A DNA stretch of 64,000 bases from Promethearchaeota archaeon (GTDB lineage Archaea; Asgardarchaeota; Lokiarchaeia; Sigyniarchaeales; SOKP01): the NCBI GenBank assembly GCA_019058365.1, contig JAHPZE010000004.1:64001-128000 (forward strand), read 5' to 3'. The notes beneath the pieces were generated by a model that searched no databases, was not told the origin of the DNA, and was given only the letters and a program-made list of their open reading frames with translations. Numbering within the stretch: the stretch's first letter is position 1; each line of letters starts with the position of its first letter. The position numbers were made by a program, and so were the translations under genes. Shown here one piece after another: positions 30,308 through 39,897 of the stretch.

Positions 30308-31759
30308 ATGGAAATTTCGGATGAATTAAAAGAAATTGATGAAAATTTAATCAATCAATTAGATCAAATAGCAAACGATAAAGCTGAATATTGGGATATT
30401 AGGGCTGAAGTAAATAACGGAACTAGTTTAGATTTTACCAATCAAAAAAGTAAGGAAATTTCATCTTTTGAAATTATTAATTGTGGTATCAGGGCATTTA
30501 AAAATGGTGGTTGGGGTTTTTCTGTTTTAAAAGACCTAAAAAGAGATTCTATTAAAATAGGCTTACAGAAAGCTATAAAATTAGCTATACTTTCTGAATC
30601 ATTAACAAAAATTAAATTTAAAATTGATCAAAACAATTCATTAATTCATAACTATGAGAGCAATAGAAAAAAGAATTTAGAAGATATAGATATTGATTAT
30701 AAAATTAACCTAGTTAAAAATCATGAAAAAATTGCCTTAGATTATTCATCCTATGTAAAAAATACACATACTCTATATATGGACGGACATTCTCAAACCT
30801 TATTTTTAAATTCCTTTGGAAGTAATATTATTCAAGATTTATCATTTTTAAGATTATTTTGTATGGTTTTTACTAATAAAAATGGAGCTACACAGAGTTC
30901 TGTAAACTCAGTTGCGGGCATTGGTGGTTATGAAATTGCTGAAACTGAAAAAGCCATGAATTTAAGTAAAAAAACAGCTAAAGAAGCAGTAGAATTATTG
31001 AATGCTAAATCTCCAGTCGGAGGCAAATTAACAGTTATCGCAGACTCTAAATTGACCGGAACAATTATTCATGAAGCATTTGGTCACAGTTGTGAAGCGG
31101 ATTTAGTGCTTAACAATGAAAGTATATTAGCGGGGATGATAGGTAAAAAAGTTGCTTCAGAAAAAGTAACAATAATAGATAATCCTTCGATGGGTCAATC
31201 TAAACGATTTAATTTGCCTTATGAGTTATTTGGTAGTTATTTTGTAGATGACGAGGGAATTCCTTCACAAAAAACTATAATTATTGAGAACGGCATTCTC
31301 AAAAATTATTTACATAATTTAGAGACTTCTTCAAGAATGAATGTTCCCCCAAATGGTCATGGTAGGGCATCCGTAAGTTCTGAGAGACCTCAAGTACGAA
31401 TGGGATTTACATATATAGAACCCAAAGATTGGAATCTAGAAGAAATAATTGAAGATACCAAAAATGGAATTTTATGTGAGGATTTTCAGTATGGATACAC
31501 TGATCCAACCACTGGAAATTTTCAATTCAAATGCAGAATTTCATTTAAGATTAAAGATGGAGAAAGAAAAGAAATCATGAGAGATGTTTCTCTTAGTGGT
31601 ATGATTCTTGAAGCTTTAAATAAAATTTCTGCAATCGGTAATGAAAAAACATTTAATTATTCAGTTGGAATGTGTGGAAAAGGTGGTCAGCATGTTAGAG
31701 TATGTGATGGAGCACCCTATATACGAATCGAGGATGTTACTGTGGGGGGTTTGAATTAA
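30308..31759 (+). CDS. tldD: TldD family metalloprotease
   Basis: HEAFGH..EAD, DDEG, GHGR, CGKGGQ. Confidence 0.93.
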   Translation: MEISDELKEIDENLINQLDQIANDKAEYWDIRAEVNNGTSLDFTNQKSKEISSFEIINCGIRAFKNGGWGFSVLKDLKRDSIKIGLQKAIKLAILSESLTKIKFKIDQNNSLIHNYESNRKKNLEDIDIDYKINLVKNHEKIALDYSSYVKNTHTLYMDGHSQTLFLNSFGSNIIQDLSFLRLFCMVFTNKNGATQSSVNSVAGIGGYEIAETEKAMNLSKKTAKEAVELLNAKSPVGGKLTVIADSKLTGTIIHEAFGHSCEADLVLNNESILAGMIGKKVASEKVTIIDNPSMGQSKRFNLPYELFGSYFVDDEGIPSQKTIIIENGILKNYLHNLETSSRMNVPPNGHGRASVSSERPQVRMGFTYIEPKDWNLEEIIEDTKNGILCEDFQYGYTDPTTGNFQFKCRISFKIKDGERKEIMRDVSLSGMILEALNKISAIGNEKTFNYSVGMCGKGGQHVRVCDGAPYIRIEDVTVGGLN

Positions 31760-33133
31760 ATGGATAATTCAGACGTTCATTCATTAGCTGAATTCTGTTT
31801 GAAATTAATTGAAAAAGAGAGTCAAGAGATAAAATGTTCAGATATTTTCTTTGAGAAAAGTAATTATATTAATATTGAAATAGAAGAAAATTCAATTAAA
31901 AATAGTGAAACTGGAGAGGATAATGGGTTTTCAATCAGAGTTATTAATAAGAATGGGTCTTTAGGTTTTGCATATTCAAATAAATTAGATAAAACGACTA
32001 TAGAGAAAATGTGCAGAGTAGCTATCAAAATGATGAAGGTTGCAACGCCTGATCCAGATTTTAAGAATTTACCGGGTTCATTTAAAAACTATCCCGTGGT
32101 GAGGGGTTTATTTGATAATAATTTAAAGTATTTGCAAATAGAAGATTCCTTAAATTATGTCAACGATTTGATTAAAATTTGTAAAGAAGATGAGATGGCA
32201 ATTTCCCAATCTGGGAACTTTGCATCAAGTTACTCTAAAACGTACATTTTTAATTCTAATGGTTTAAATGTTTCCAGAAAGGAAACAAGTTGTTTAATAT
32301 CTTCAAATATCATAGTTAAGAATAAGGTAAGTAAAGAAACATCTTCTGGTTATGAAAGACAAATAGAGAGAAGTCTAAGTAGGTTGAACGCTATAAATGT
32401 TGCAAATCTGGCGCTAGAAGATGCTAAAGGGAATCTTAATAGAAAGAAAATTAAAAATATGAATGTGCCGGTAATATTAACTCCAAAGGGTGTAATTAAT
32501 TTAATTTTAAGACCTGTTGCTACAGCCATTAATGCAGAGACTTTTCAATATAAAAGAAGCTTCTTAGTAGATAAAAGGGGTGAAAAAATAGGTTCAGAGT
32601 TTTTAAATATAGAAGATAATGGATTGATTCATAATGCAGCTGGTTCTCAGATATTTGATGATGAAGGAGTCCCCTGTAAAAATAAAAAGATCTTAGAGAA
32701 TGGAAATTTTCTAAAAACTGGATTATTACACAACAGTTATACTGCCGGAAAAGAAGGTGTAGAAAGTACCGGAAATGCTTCTCGGAGTTCTTATATATCA
32801 ATCCCATCAATAGGGATTACAAATTTTATTATGAAACCAGGAGATATAAACTTTGAAGAAATTATAAAGGATACAAAAAAAGGAATTATATTAAATTATA
32901 CAGGAGATTCTCCTAATATCTCAACTGGTGATTTTTCTGGATTAATTCTTCATGGAAATCTAATTAAAGACGGAGAGATAGAGGAGTCACTGAATGAAAC
33001 AATGATAGGAATAAATTTGATAGATTTATTTCAAAATATTGATGCTGTTTCAAAAGAATTTAGGGTTTATGGTGCATTTCAAGCTCCATGGGTAAGAATA
33101 AAATCTGTGAGCGTAATTGGAGGAGCAAATTAA
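31760..33133 (+). CDS. pmbA: PmbA/TldE family protein
   Basis: FDDEGVP, STGNA.R, TGDFS; no HExxH; directly after tldD. Confidence 0.9.
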   Translation: MDNSDVHSLAEFCLKLIEKESQEIKCSDIFFEKSNYINIEIEENSIKNSETGEDNGFSIRVINKNGSLGFAYSNKLDKTTIEKMCRVAIKMMKVATPDPDFKNLPGSFKNYPVVRGLFDNNLKYLQIEDSLNYVNDLIKICKEDEMAISQSGNFASSYSKTYIFNSNGLNVSRKETSCLISSNIIVKNKVSKETSSGYERQIERSLSRLNAINVANLALEDAKGNLNRKKIKNMNVPVILTPKGVINLILRPVATAINAETFQYKRSFLVDKRGEKIGSEFLNIEDNGLIHNAAGSQIFDDEGVPCKNKKILENGNFLKTGLLHNSYTAGKEGVESTGNASRSSYISIPSIGITNFIMKPGDINFEEIIKDTKKGIILNYTGDSPNISTGDFSGLILHGNLIKDGEIEESLNETMIGINLIDLFQNIDAVSKEFRVYGAFQAPWVRIKSVSVIGGAN

Positions 33134-33648
33134 TTAGTGATATTTAGCCGTAGATACATAATATTAAAATATTCTTCAGTTTTATTATTTATTTCCCACA
33201 ATTCGGCAATAATTTTCTGATTTACTCCTGCTTCTGCAAATGATATAGAATAATTCCCATAAATTTTCCCTTGATTAGGCTTCAAAGTAAAATTACCTAG
33301 TGTGAGATATAATGTTCCATTTGAGCCAGATGAGCTCAATATAGTATTACTATTACCTTTCTTTATTTTAAATCCGAATGTAAAATTTCTATCTAAATGA
33401 TTTCCAACAGTTAAATGAAATGAAATAGTCTCATTAACAGATGCTTCAGTTGGGTAGTTTTCTGCTTTTTTATCTTCATTTAAAATTCCAAAAGTAACAT
33501 AACCTGGTTCAGGATTCACTAAATAGTATATAATAAAACCTGAAACGATAATGATCCCAATAATCAGACTAATTTTAAGTACTATCTCAAAATGTTTATT
33601 AGAGATTTTTAACTCTTTTTTTTCATTTTTCTTAGTTATCTCGTTCAT
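33130..33648 (-). CDS. DUF1616-like membrane-anchored protein
   Basis: One TM helix then F.IL.E..KAENYP, VGNH; likely start MNEITKK at 33648. Confidence 0.65.
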   Translation of the reverse strand: MNEITKKNEKKELKISNKHFEIVLKISLIIGIIIVSGFIIYYLVNPEPGYVTFGILNEDKKAENYPTEASVNETISFHLTVGNHLDRNFTFGFKIKKGNSNTILSSSGSNGTLYLTLGNFTLKPNQGKIYGNYSISFAEAGVNQKIIAELWEINNKTEEYFNIMYLRLNITN

Positions 33649-34711
33649 TATCTTTAAACCAAGCAATAGTTTTCTTTAATCCTTCTTCTAGTGACGTTAT
33701 CGGTTCCCAATTGAGAATGGTTTTCGCTTTTGTAATAACAGGGCACCTATATGTAGGGTCATCAATAGGTAATGTTTTAAAAACTATTTTTGAATTGGAG
33801 TTGGCTAATTCTTTTATAATACGAGCAATTTCTAATATAGTATATTCTTTATTATTACCTAAATTAATAACTTCCCCTATAGCTTCATCTTTATATACCA
33901 TTTTTAATATGCCTTCAATTTCATCTACAACGTAAGTAAAAGATCTCGTTTGTGAACCATCTCCAAATACAGTTATATCTTCGTCATGAAGTGCTTGATG
34001 GATAAAATTAGGAACAACTCTTCCAAACGCTGGACCATGTCTTATCCTAGGTCCTGAAGTATTAAAAATCCTTACTATTTTCGCTCTCATTTTATGTTGA
34101 AGTTCATAAGCTTTAATAAAAGCTTCTCCAGCTCGTTTTGATTCATCATAACAACTTCTAGGGCCAACAGGATTTACATTTCCAAAATAACTTTCTGGTG
34201 TTGGAATAGCTTCTTTTGGAGGATTTCCATAGACTTCAGATGTGCTTGTGTAAAAGAAAATTGCATTATGGAATTTAGCAATTCCTAAAGAATTCAATGT
34301 TCCTAGTGTATTACTTCTGAGTATAGATATAGGTTCTTCCTGAAATTCAAACGGAGATGCTCTACTGGCCATATGCATAATTATATCAATTTTTTTGATA
34401 TCTGCTACACATATGCCTAATGGGTGATAACTCATCCCAAAATATATTGGATATGAAATATCATGATTGATAAAACGAAAATTGTCGTTTTGCATTAAAT
34501 GTAATATATTTTCAGGTTTCCCAGAGGATAAATTATCTAAACAGATACAATGTGCCCCCTGTTCAATTAAAACATCACAAACCCAAGAGCCCAGAAAACC
34601 TGCGCCCCCGGTTACTAAAATTGTTTTTCCTTCAAAAGTTATATTATCATTTCTAAGTCTTTTTATTATCTCTTGAATGTCTTGGCTAATATCATAATTC
34701 AAATTTAACAA
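33632..34711 (-). CDS. UDP-glucuronate decarboxylase-like NAD-dependent epimerase/dehydratase
   Basis: VTGGAGFLG, STSEVYG, GPRSCYDESKR, DGSQTRSF, DDP. Confidence 0.9.
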   Translation of the reverse strand: MLNLNYDISQDIQEIIKRLRNDNITFEGKTILVTGGAGFLGSWVCDVLIEQGAHCICLDNLSSGKPENILHLMQNDNFRFINHDISYPIYFGMSYHPLGICVADIKKIDIIMHMASRASPFEFQEEPISILRSNTLGTLNSLGIAKFHNAIFFYTSTSEVYGNPPKEAIPTPESYFGNVNPVGPRSCYDESKRAGEAFIKAYELQHKMRAKIVRIFNTSGPRIRHGPAFGRVVPNFIHQALHDEDITVFGDGSQTRSFTYVVDEIEGILKMVYKDEAIGEVINLGNNKEYTILEIARIIKELANSNSKIVFKTLPIDDPTYRCPVITKAKTILNWEPITSLEEGLKKTIAWFKDNERDN

Positions 34712-34878
34712 CCTTAGAACGTATTATTATAGTTTTTCTTATTAATTGTATTAAATAAATTTTTCTTTAAGCTAAAAACTGTTTTAAAAGATCTAGTTAT
34801 AGGAACTAGCAATAATTTTATAATTTTAAAAAGGGAAAACAGTTAAAAGACATACGAAAAAATAACAAAAAAGGATAT

Positions 34879-35463
34879 TTAATTTGACTTAGAACCACAA
34901 TATTGACAGAATTTTAATTCTAACGGATAATGTTTTCCACAATTTGAACATCTCTTTAATGAATTTTTAAGAATTTCTCTCCCCAACATTTCAAAAGCTT
35001 TTTCAACATTTTCACCTGTTTTTGCCGAAGTACTTAACATTTCTCCTTGAAATTTAAACTTATCAAAAATTTCTAGTGCTTTTTCTCTTTTTACTTTTCT
35101 CACTAAATCACTCTTCGCTTCGATTAATATTTTTGTTTTGGGAGAATTAGGTACAGAAGAAATTACATTGATCCAATCATATAAATCATTTAAAGAGTCT
35201 TCATTTGTAATATCATATAACATTAAAGCTCCAGAAGCTCCAGATACATAAGAAGGAAAGAGGAGTCGAAATTTCTTTTCACCAGCGAAGTCCCAAATAT
35301 TAAGCAGGATCTCAGTATCATCTACAACTACTTTTTTTGTTTCAAAATCAACACCAATCGTAGATAATGTAGATCTTTCGAATTTACCCGTAGCAAAGCG
35401 GCGAAGCAAACTGGTTTTTCCTACATTTTTAGCTCCAGCAACAACAACCTTAAATTTTATCAT
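34879..35463 (-). CDS. Rab-like small GTPase with C-terminal Zn ribbon
   Basis: GAKNVGKTS, STIGVDF, WDFAGE, AKSD, TSAKTG; CSNC...CQYC. Confidence 0.9.
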   Translation of the reverse strand: MIKFKVVVAGAKNVGKTSLLRRFATGKFERSTLSTIGVDFETKKVVVDDTEILLNIWDFAGEKKFRLLFPSYVSGASGALMLYDITNEDSLNDLYDWINVISSVPNSPKTKILIEAKSDLVRKVKREKALEIFDKFKFQGEMLSTSAKTGENVEKAFEMLGREILKNSLKRCSNCGKHYPLELKFCQYCGSKSN

Positions 35464-35597
35464 ATCCTCTCTCGCTCAACTTTTTTTGAATATGTATCCT
35501 TACTCAATAAAATTCAATAATATTATAAATTATTATTGAAAATATTAAAAATCTTTTTTATTGTTTTAATAAATTAGGGATTTTATATTATTCGAAT

Positions 35598-37943
35598 TTA
35601 GGACTTATTTTTGTATTCATATCTGCCAATTTTATAAATTTGTTGAGCGATTTTTTTACCAACATTCTCAATTTTCGTTAAATCTGGAATATCAGCTAAG
35701 AAAATATTTTGTAATGTTTTTAATTCTTTCAATAAGCTTTTTGCCCGAAGAGTATTTACACCAGGTATTCCCGCTACAATATATTCTAATAGGCGAGACG
35801 TATCAATAGGCGCTTTATCAAATCTTAATTTTGATGACGATTTGGTAACTGATTGTTCTTTTTTTGCTAATTGATATAAAAATTTTGCTGTCTCTATAGA
35901 ATCTTCTGTTCTATAGATTGAGATGCCTAAGTTAACTAATATAGCAGTTATTGCTCCGTAAAGAGCATTTTCACTAATAGTTGAATCTTTAAAAGGATCA
36001 CCTTCTAAAATTAATATTGGCCTTGAAAAATGTTCCCCGAGATCGCTTAATTCGGTAAATAATCTTCCATCAATGATAGAATCATTAAAATCTTTACTCG
36101 ATTTTCTTTCAACCCCGACTCTTTCTGAAATAACGTAATCCGCAACTGCTAATTGCTCTAATTTTAAATTTATACCTATTAGTGATAAAGTTCTTACTAC
36201 TGAAGAAGCGGTTTCACGATTATCACAGATGATCTCATAATTATCAGCATCTTCAATCTTCTTTATCGAACTTAGATCTGGACTATCTATTTCAATTGAT
36301 TCAATTTCTTCTTCTTTTTCATTAATTATGAAATTTAGGAGATTAGATTGTTCTGATTTTGATATTAACTCAGAATTTTTAATTTTTTCTAAACTTTCCT
36401 TCATATTCCTTTCTTTAGCTTTTTCTGCCCAATAATATCCTTCATCTCGAGTACCTTCTGCCATTAATACAAAAACCTTACCCTCCTTTTTTCTACCTGT
36501 TCGGCCACGACGTTGAATAGAACGTATAGCACTCGGAACAACATCATAAAAAATTACTAAATCACATTCTTCAATATCTAATCCTTCTTCAGCGACACTT
36601 GTCCCAACTAAAGTATTATATATTCCCTCCTTGAATTCATTAAGCAACGTTATTTGTTCTTTTTGTGTTAATCCTTTATCTATTCCTCTCGTTGCTTGTC
36701 CTACGAACTTATGCATTTTAATTATCTCATCTTCTTCAAAATATTTTACTATATTATTAACAGAATCCCTAAAATGACAAAAAACTAGAATCCTCGAATC
36801 AGGATTTTCTTTTATTTGATTAATTAAAAGTGCTTTTAACTTCTCTATTTTTGGGTGGACTAATCCTCTAGAATAGAGATCTTCTGTTAACTTTTTAGCT
36901 TGTTTAAAATCTTTATCAATAAATAATTCTTTTAATGATTTGTTTGCTGTATTATTTTTAATCTTCTCTTCGTTCTTGTTAAAATAATCTTTAAGAGCGC
37001 TTATACCTTGAGTTTCTATTAATTCAGTCATATGTGATAGTCTGATGGCATTAGCTGACACCTTTTTAGCATTAAACATATGGAATTTTTCATCATTATC
37101 TCTTGCTGTAGAAATTCTTCGATTTATTATATTATCTAGCTTTAATAAATCCTTTCTAGTGATTTTATGTATATCATAAGAGCCTAATAAATCGTTTTCT
37201 TTTAAGATTCTATAACATGATTTTAATTTCTCTTCTAGTATCATTTTAACTTCTAAAAATTCAGAGGGGAGCTTAACTTTTATCCATTCATTATCTACTT
37301 TATGAATATATGGCTTAACATCTAAATCCTTCTCTGTCCTAATTTCGATATGGTTAATAAATAAATTTTTTTTAATCTCATTAATTTTACCTTCAGTTGA
37401 GCCAGGACTCGCAGTAAGTCCTAAAATTCGAGAATTCTTTGAGATATCAATATATTTCTTAGCGAGAAAACAATAAGCATAATCTCCTATTGCTCTATGA
37501 CACTCGTCAAAAATCATTAAGGAAACATCTTTAATCGAATATAATCCTGAAATAAGGTCATTTTGAAGTACTTGAGGTGTCATAAAAGCAACTTTTATGT
37601 TTACCCAAAGACTTTCTCGTTTTTCAGGAGCAATTGACCCCGTAAGAGAGATAAGTGATTCTTCAGGAAGATTAGTTAATTCTAAAAATGACTTATAGTG
37701 TTGTTCTACTAAAGGTTTAGTAGGTGCTAAAAGGATTACTTTTGAATCTTCGATTTCTGTTAATCTTTGTACAGTAAGCATTAAAGCTATAACTGTTTTG
37801 CCTAAACCTGTAGGAATGACAACTAAGCAGTTCTTATTTAGACAATTAATAAAAATATTCTCTTGGTATTCCCGTCGAGATATCAAATTTTGCTTAATAA
37901 GAGGGTGAGAAATAAATTCTTCGTTTGGAGTTACGAAAATCAC
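35598..37943 (-). CDS. hef: Hef helicase/nuclease (FANCM/XPF family)
   Basis: PTGLGKT, DECH, TASPG, QRRGRTGR; ERCC4 nuclease ADY...VERK; HhH2 tail. Confidence 0.95.
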   Translation of the reverse strand: MIFVTPNEEFISHPLIKQNLISRREYQENIFINCLNKNCLVVIPTGLGKTVIALMLTVQRLTEIEDSKVILLAPTKPLVEQHYKSFLELTNLPEESLISLTGSIAPEKRESLWVNIKVAFMTPQVLQNDLISGLYSIKDVSLMIFDECHRAIGDYAYCFLAKKYIDISKNSRILGLTASPGSTEGKINEIKKNLFINHIEIRTEKDLDVKPYIHKVDNEWIKVKLPSEFLEVKMILEEKLKSCYRILKENDLLGSYDIHKITRKDLLKLDNIINRRISTARDNDEKFHMFNAKKVSANAIRLSHMTELIETQGISALKDYFNKNEEKIKNNTANKSLKELFIDKDFKQAKKLTEDLYSRGLVHPKIEKLKALLINQIKENPDSRILVFCHFRDSVNNIVKYFEEDEIIKMHKFVGQATRGIDKGLTQKEQITLLNEFKEGIYNTLVGTSVAEEGLDIEECDLVIFYDVVPSAIRSIQRRGRTGRKKEGKVFVLMAEGTRDEGYYWAEKAKERNMKESLEKIKNSELISKSEQSNLLNFIINEKEEEIESIEIDSPDLSSIKKIEDADNYEIICDNRETASSVVRTLSLIGINLKLEQLAVADYVISERVGVERKSSKDFNDSIIDGRLFTELSDLGEHFSRPILILEGDPFKDSTISENALYGAITAILVNLGISIYRTEDSIETAKFLYQLAKKEQSVTKSSSKLRFDKAPIDTSRLLEYIVAGIPGVNTLRAKSLLKELKTLQNIFLADIPDLTKIENVGKKIAQQIYKIGRYEYKNKS

Positions 37944-38134
37944 CAGTAAATATAGAAATATTTTAGCTTTTGATTATAAAATTTAATTGAAATATTTAAA
38001 ATAACAGACTATATAAGATCATTAAAAAATGCCTAAATTCTTAAATTGAATTAACAATAATTTAATAAATTAAATTAGTTAAAGAAGAAAGTAATATTTA
38101 ATTCGTATCGCTTATTATTCTTAAATACAAACAA

Positions 38135-38238
38135 GCGCGGGTGGTCTAGTGGCATGACGACAAGTATTTTACATATCGCATCTACACCGTTAAACGCTCA
38201 CACCGTGTAAATCAGGGGTTCAATTCCCCTCCTGCGCA
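38135..38238 (+). tRNA. tRNA-Val(CAC) with a 32-nt intron at non-canonical position 28/29 (38162..38193)
   Basis: Acceptor GCGCGGG/CCTGCGC+A, D arm GTCT-AGTGGCA-TGAC, T arm AGGGG-TTCAATT-CCCCT; removing the intron gives stem ACACG/CGTGT with loop CTCACAC; CCA not encoded. Confidence 0.88.
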
Positions 38239-38349
38239 CTTATAAACCTTATTATCATTTTATACGTATTAAAACTAACTAAAAACCAAAAAAGTTATAT
38301 GAAATCAAATATTTTAAAGTTTTAAATTACTCCTTTTTTAGTCTTAATC

Positions 38350-38652
38350 ATGTCTAGTTTCTTAGAGTCTCGAGAATTACGTAAAGAATATAAGAAAGTC
38401 AGAAACTATGTAAAGATTGGACCGATATTTTTAACTAGATATGAAAAAGCAAGGATCGTGGGGGCAAGGGCTCTACAAATTTCATTTGGAGCTCCTATTT
38501 TACTTGAAAAGCCTAAAGGTTTAATAGATCCAATAAAAATCGCTCAGATAGAGTTAAGATCAAGAATCTTACCATTGACTATCAGACGTGAAAATCCCAG
38601 TGGAGAGTACCAAGATATAGCCATAAATAAACTGATTTTGAAAAAAGATTAA
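38350..38652 (+). CDS. rpoK: RNA polymerase subunit Rpo6/K
   Basis: LTRYEKARIVGARALQIS.GAP...PLTIRR. Confidence 0.95.
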   Translation: MSSFLESRELRKEYKKVRNYVKIGPIFLTRYEKARIVGARALQISFGAPILLEKPKGLIDPIKIAQIELRSRILPLTIRRENPSGEYQDIAINKLILKKD

Positions 38653-38754
38653 GATTATCTTTTGTATTATATATCTCGGCCCGAAGTCTTTCTTTATAGA
38701 AGTTTTATGAATAAAAATTTGTTAACAATATCAATCCTATAAAAATTAAATAAA

Positions 38755-39210
38755 TTATTGAATACGATATTTTCCTCGTTCAGTTAAAAAGTAAACATTT
38801 TTCTCGCCAACCATTTGAGATTCTATATAGCCTTTTGAAATTAAATTCTCAAGAATTTCTTCTAATTCTGCTTTTTTAAAACCAGGTATTCCTAAAGGTA
38901 TTCTTGACTGGTTGGCGATTATAGCAATTCGTTCTAAAAATAATCTTTTATTCATAAATGTTTCAAGGATTGTAATTTCATCATTTGAAAGTCTTTCGAA
39001 TTGATCATGCTCTAAATAGCGCTCCTTTAAAGTTTGTGCGAGATCTCTTGCTTCTGGGCTTATATCTTGCTTTTTCACTTCGACGTGCTTTAATGTAACT
39101 AAATCTTTTGCTACGGGCTTTTTTGATTGTTCATTAACTTTATCTTTATTATCGCTTTCTTTTTGAGATGGTTTATTGTTTTTATTTTCCATATTATTAC
39201 CATAAGGCAT
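38755..39210 (-). CDS. Hypothetical protein with C-terminal winged helix
   Basis: LEEILENLISKGYI...YFLTERG; low-complexity N-terminus. Confidence 0.55.
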   Translation of the reverse strand: MPYGNNMENKNNKPSQKESDNKDKVNEQSKKPVAKDLVTLKHVEVKKQDISPEARDLAQTLKERYLEHDQFERLSNDEITILETFMNKRLFLERIAIIANQSRIPLGIPGFKKAELEEILENLISKGYIESQMVGEKNVYFLTERGKYRIQ

Positions 39211-39237
39211 ATAATTATAAAAATTTATATTTAAATA

Positions 39238-39825
39238 ATGAAAAGGCTCTTAAAGTTAAAATCTGGAGAAAATATCATTATCAAACATTTAACTAAATTA
39301 GATGTTGATGGTGTTTGGTATAATTTTAATGAAGTAATAGAGGAGGGTAGTTATTTACCGGTATTTTTTCCCGTGAGATCTCAATTAGAGAAAGATTCAT
39401 GGTATCGTAATATTAAAAAAGGAAATGAAATTTGTATTGTAGGTGAAAACCTCGACCTTAAAGCACCTTATAACATTATTGGACAATGTGAGGTTTTAAA
39501 CTCTGACTGGGATGCAGCAGAACATGTTGGAGTTTTAGGTATTGTTATAAGAGATAAGTATAGAGATTTAACTATTGGAAGGAATCTTATTGACTTTGCT
39601 ATACGAGAATCAAAAATATTAAATAATAAAGAAAAAATCATTTTGAGCAGTTTTTCAACTAATAAAAGGGCACTCCATCTATTCAAAAAATTAGGTTTTG
39701 AAGTTATTGGAGTAAGAAAAAAACAATTTCTTATGGATTCAATATATATCGACGAGGTTATGATGGAATTATGGATAGACGACTATCTCAATGAAAATAA
39801 ACAGAACTTTACGATTGATTTATAA
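39238..39825 (+). CDS. GNAT-family acetyltransferase
   Basis: GIVI...YR...IG..L, N.RALHLFKKLGFE..G. Confidence 0.88.
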   Translation: MKRLLKLKSGENIIIKHLTKLDVDGVWYNFNEVIEEGSYLPVFFPVRSQLEKDSWYRNIKKGNEICIVGENLDLKAPYNIIGQCEVLNSDWDAAEHVGVLGIVIRDKYRDLTIGRNLIDFAIRESKILNNKEKIILSSFSTNKRALHLFKKLGFEVIGVRKKQFLMDSIYIDEVMMELWIDDYLNENKQNFTIDL

Positions 39826-39897
39826 CAACCTTATATAACTAAACGAGAAGAAGATGTTCTTATATACAACCTTATTAATAAGAATATGCTTTTAAAC

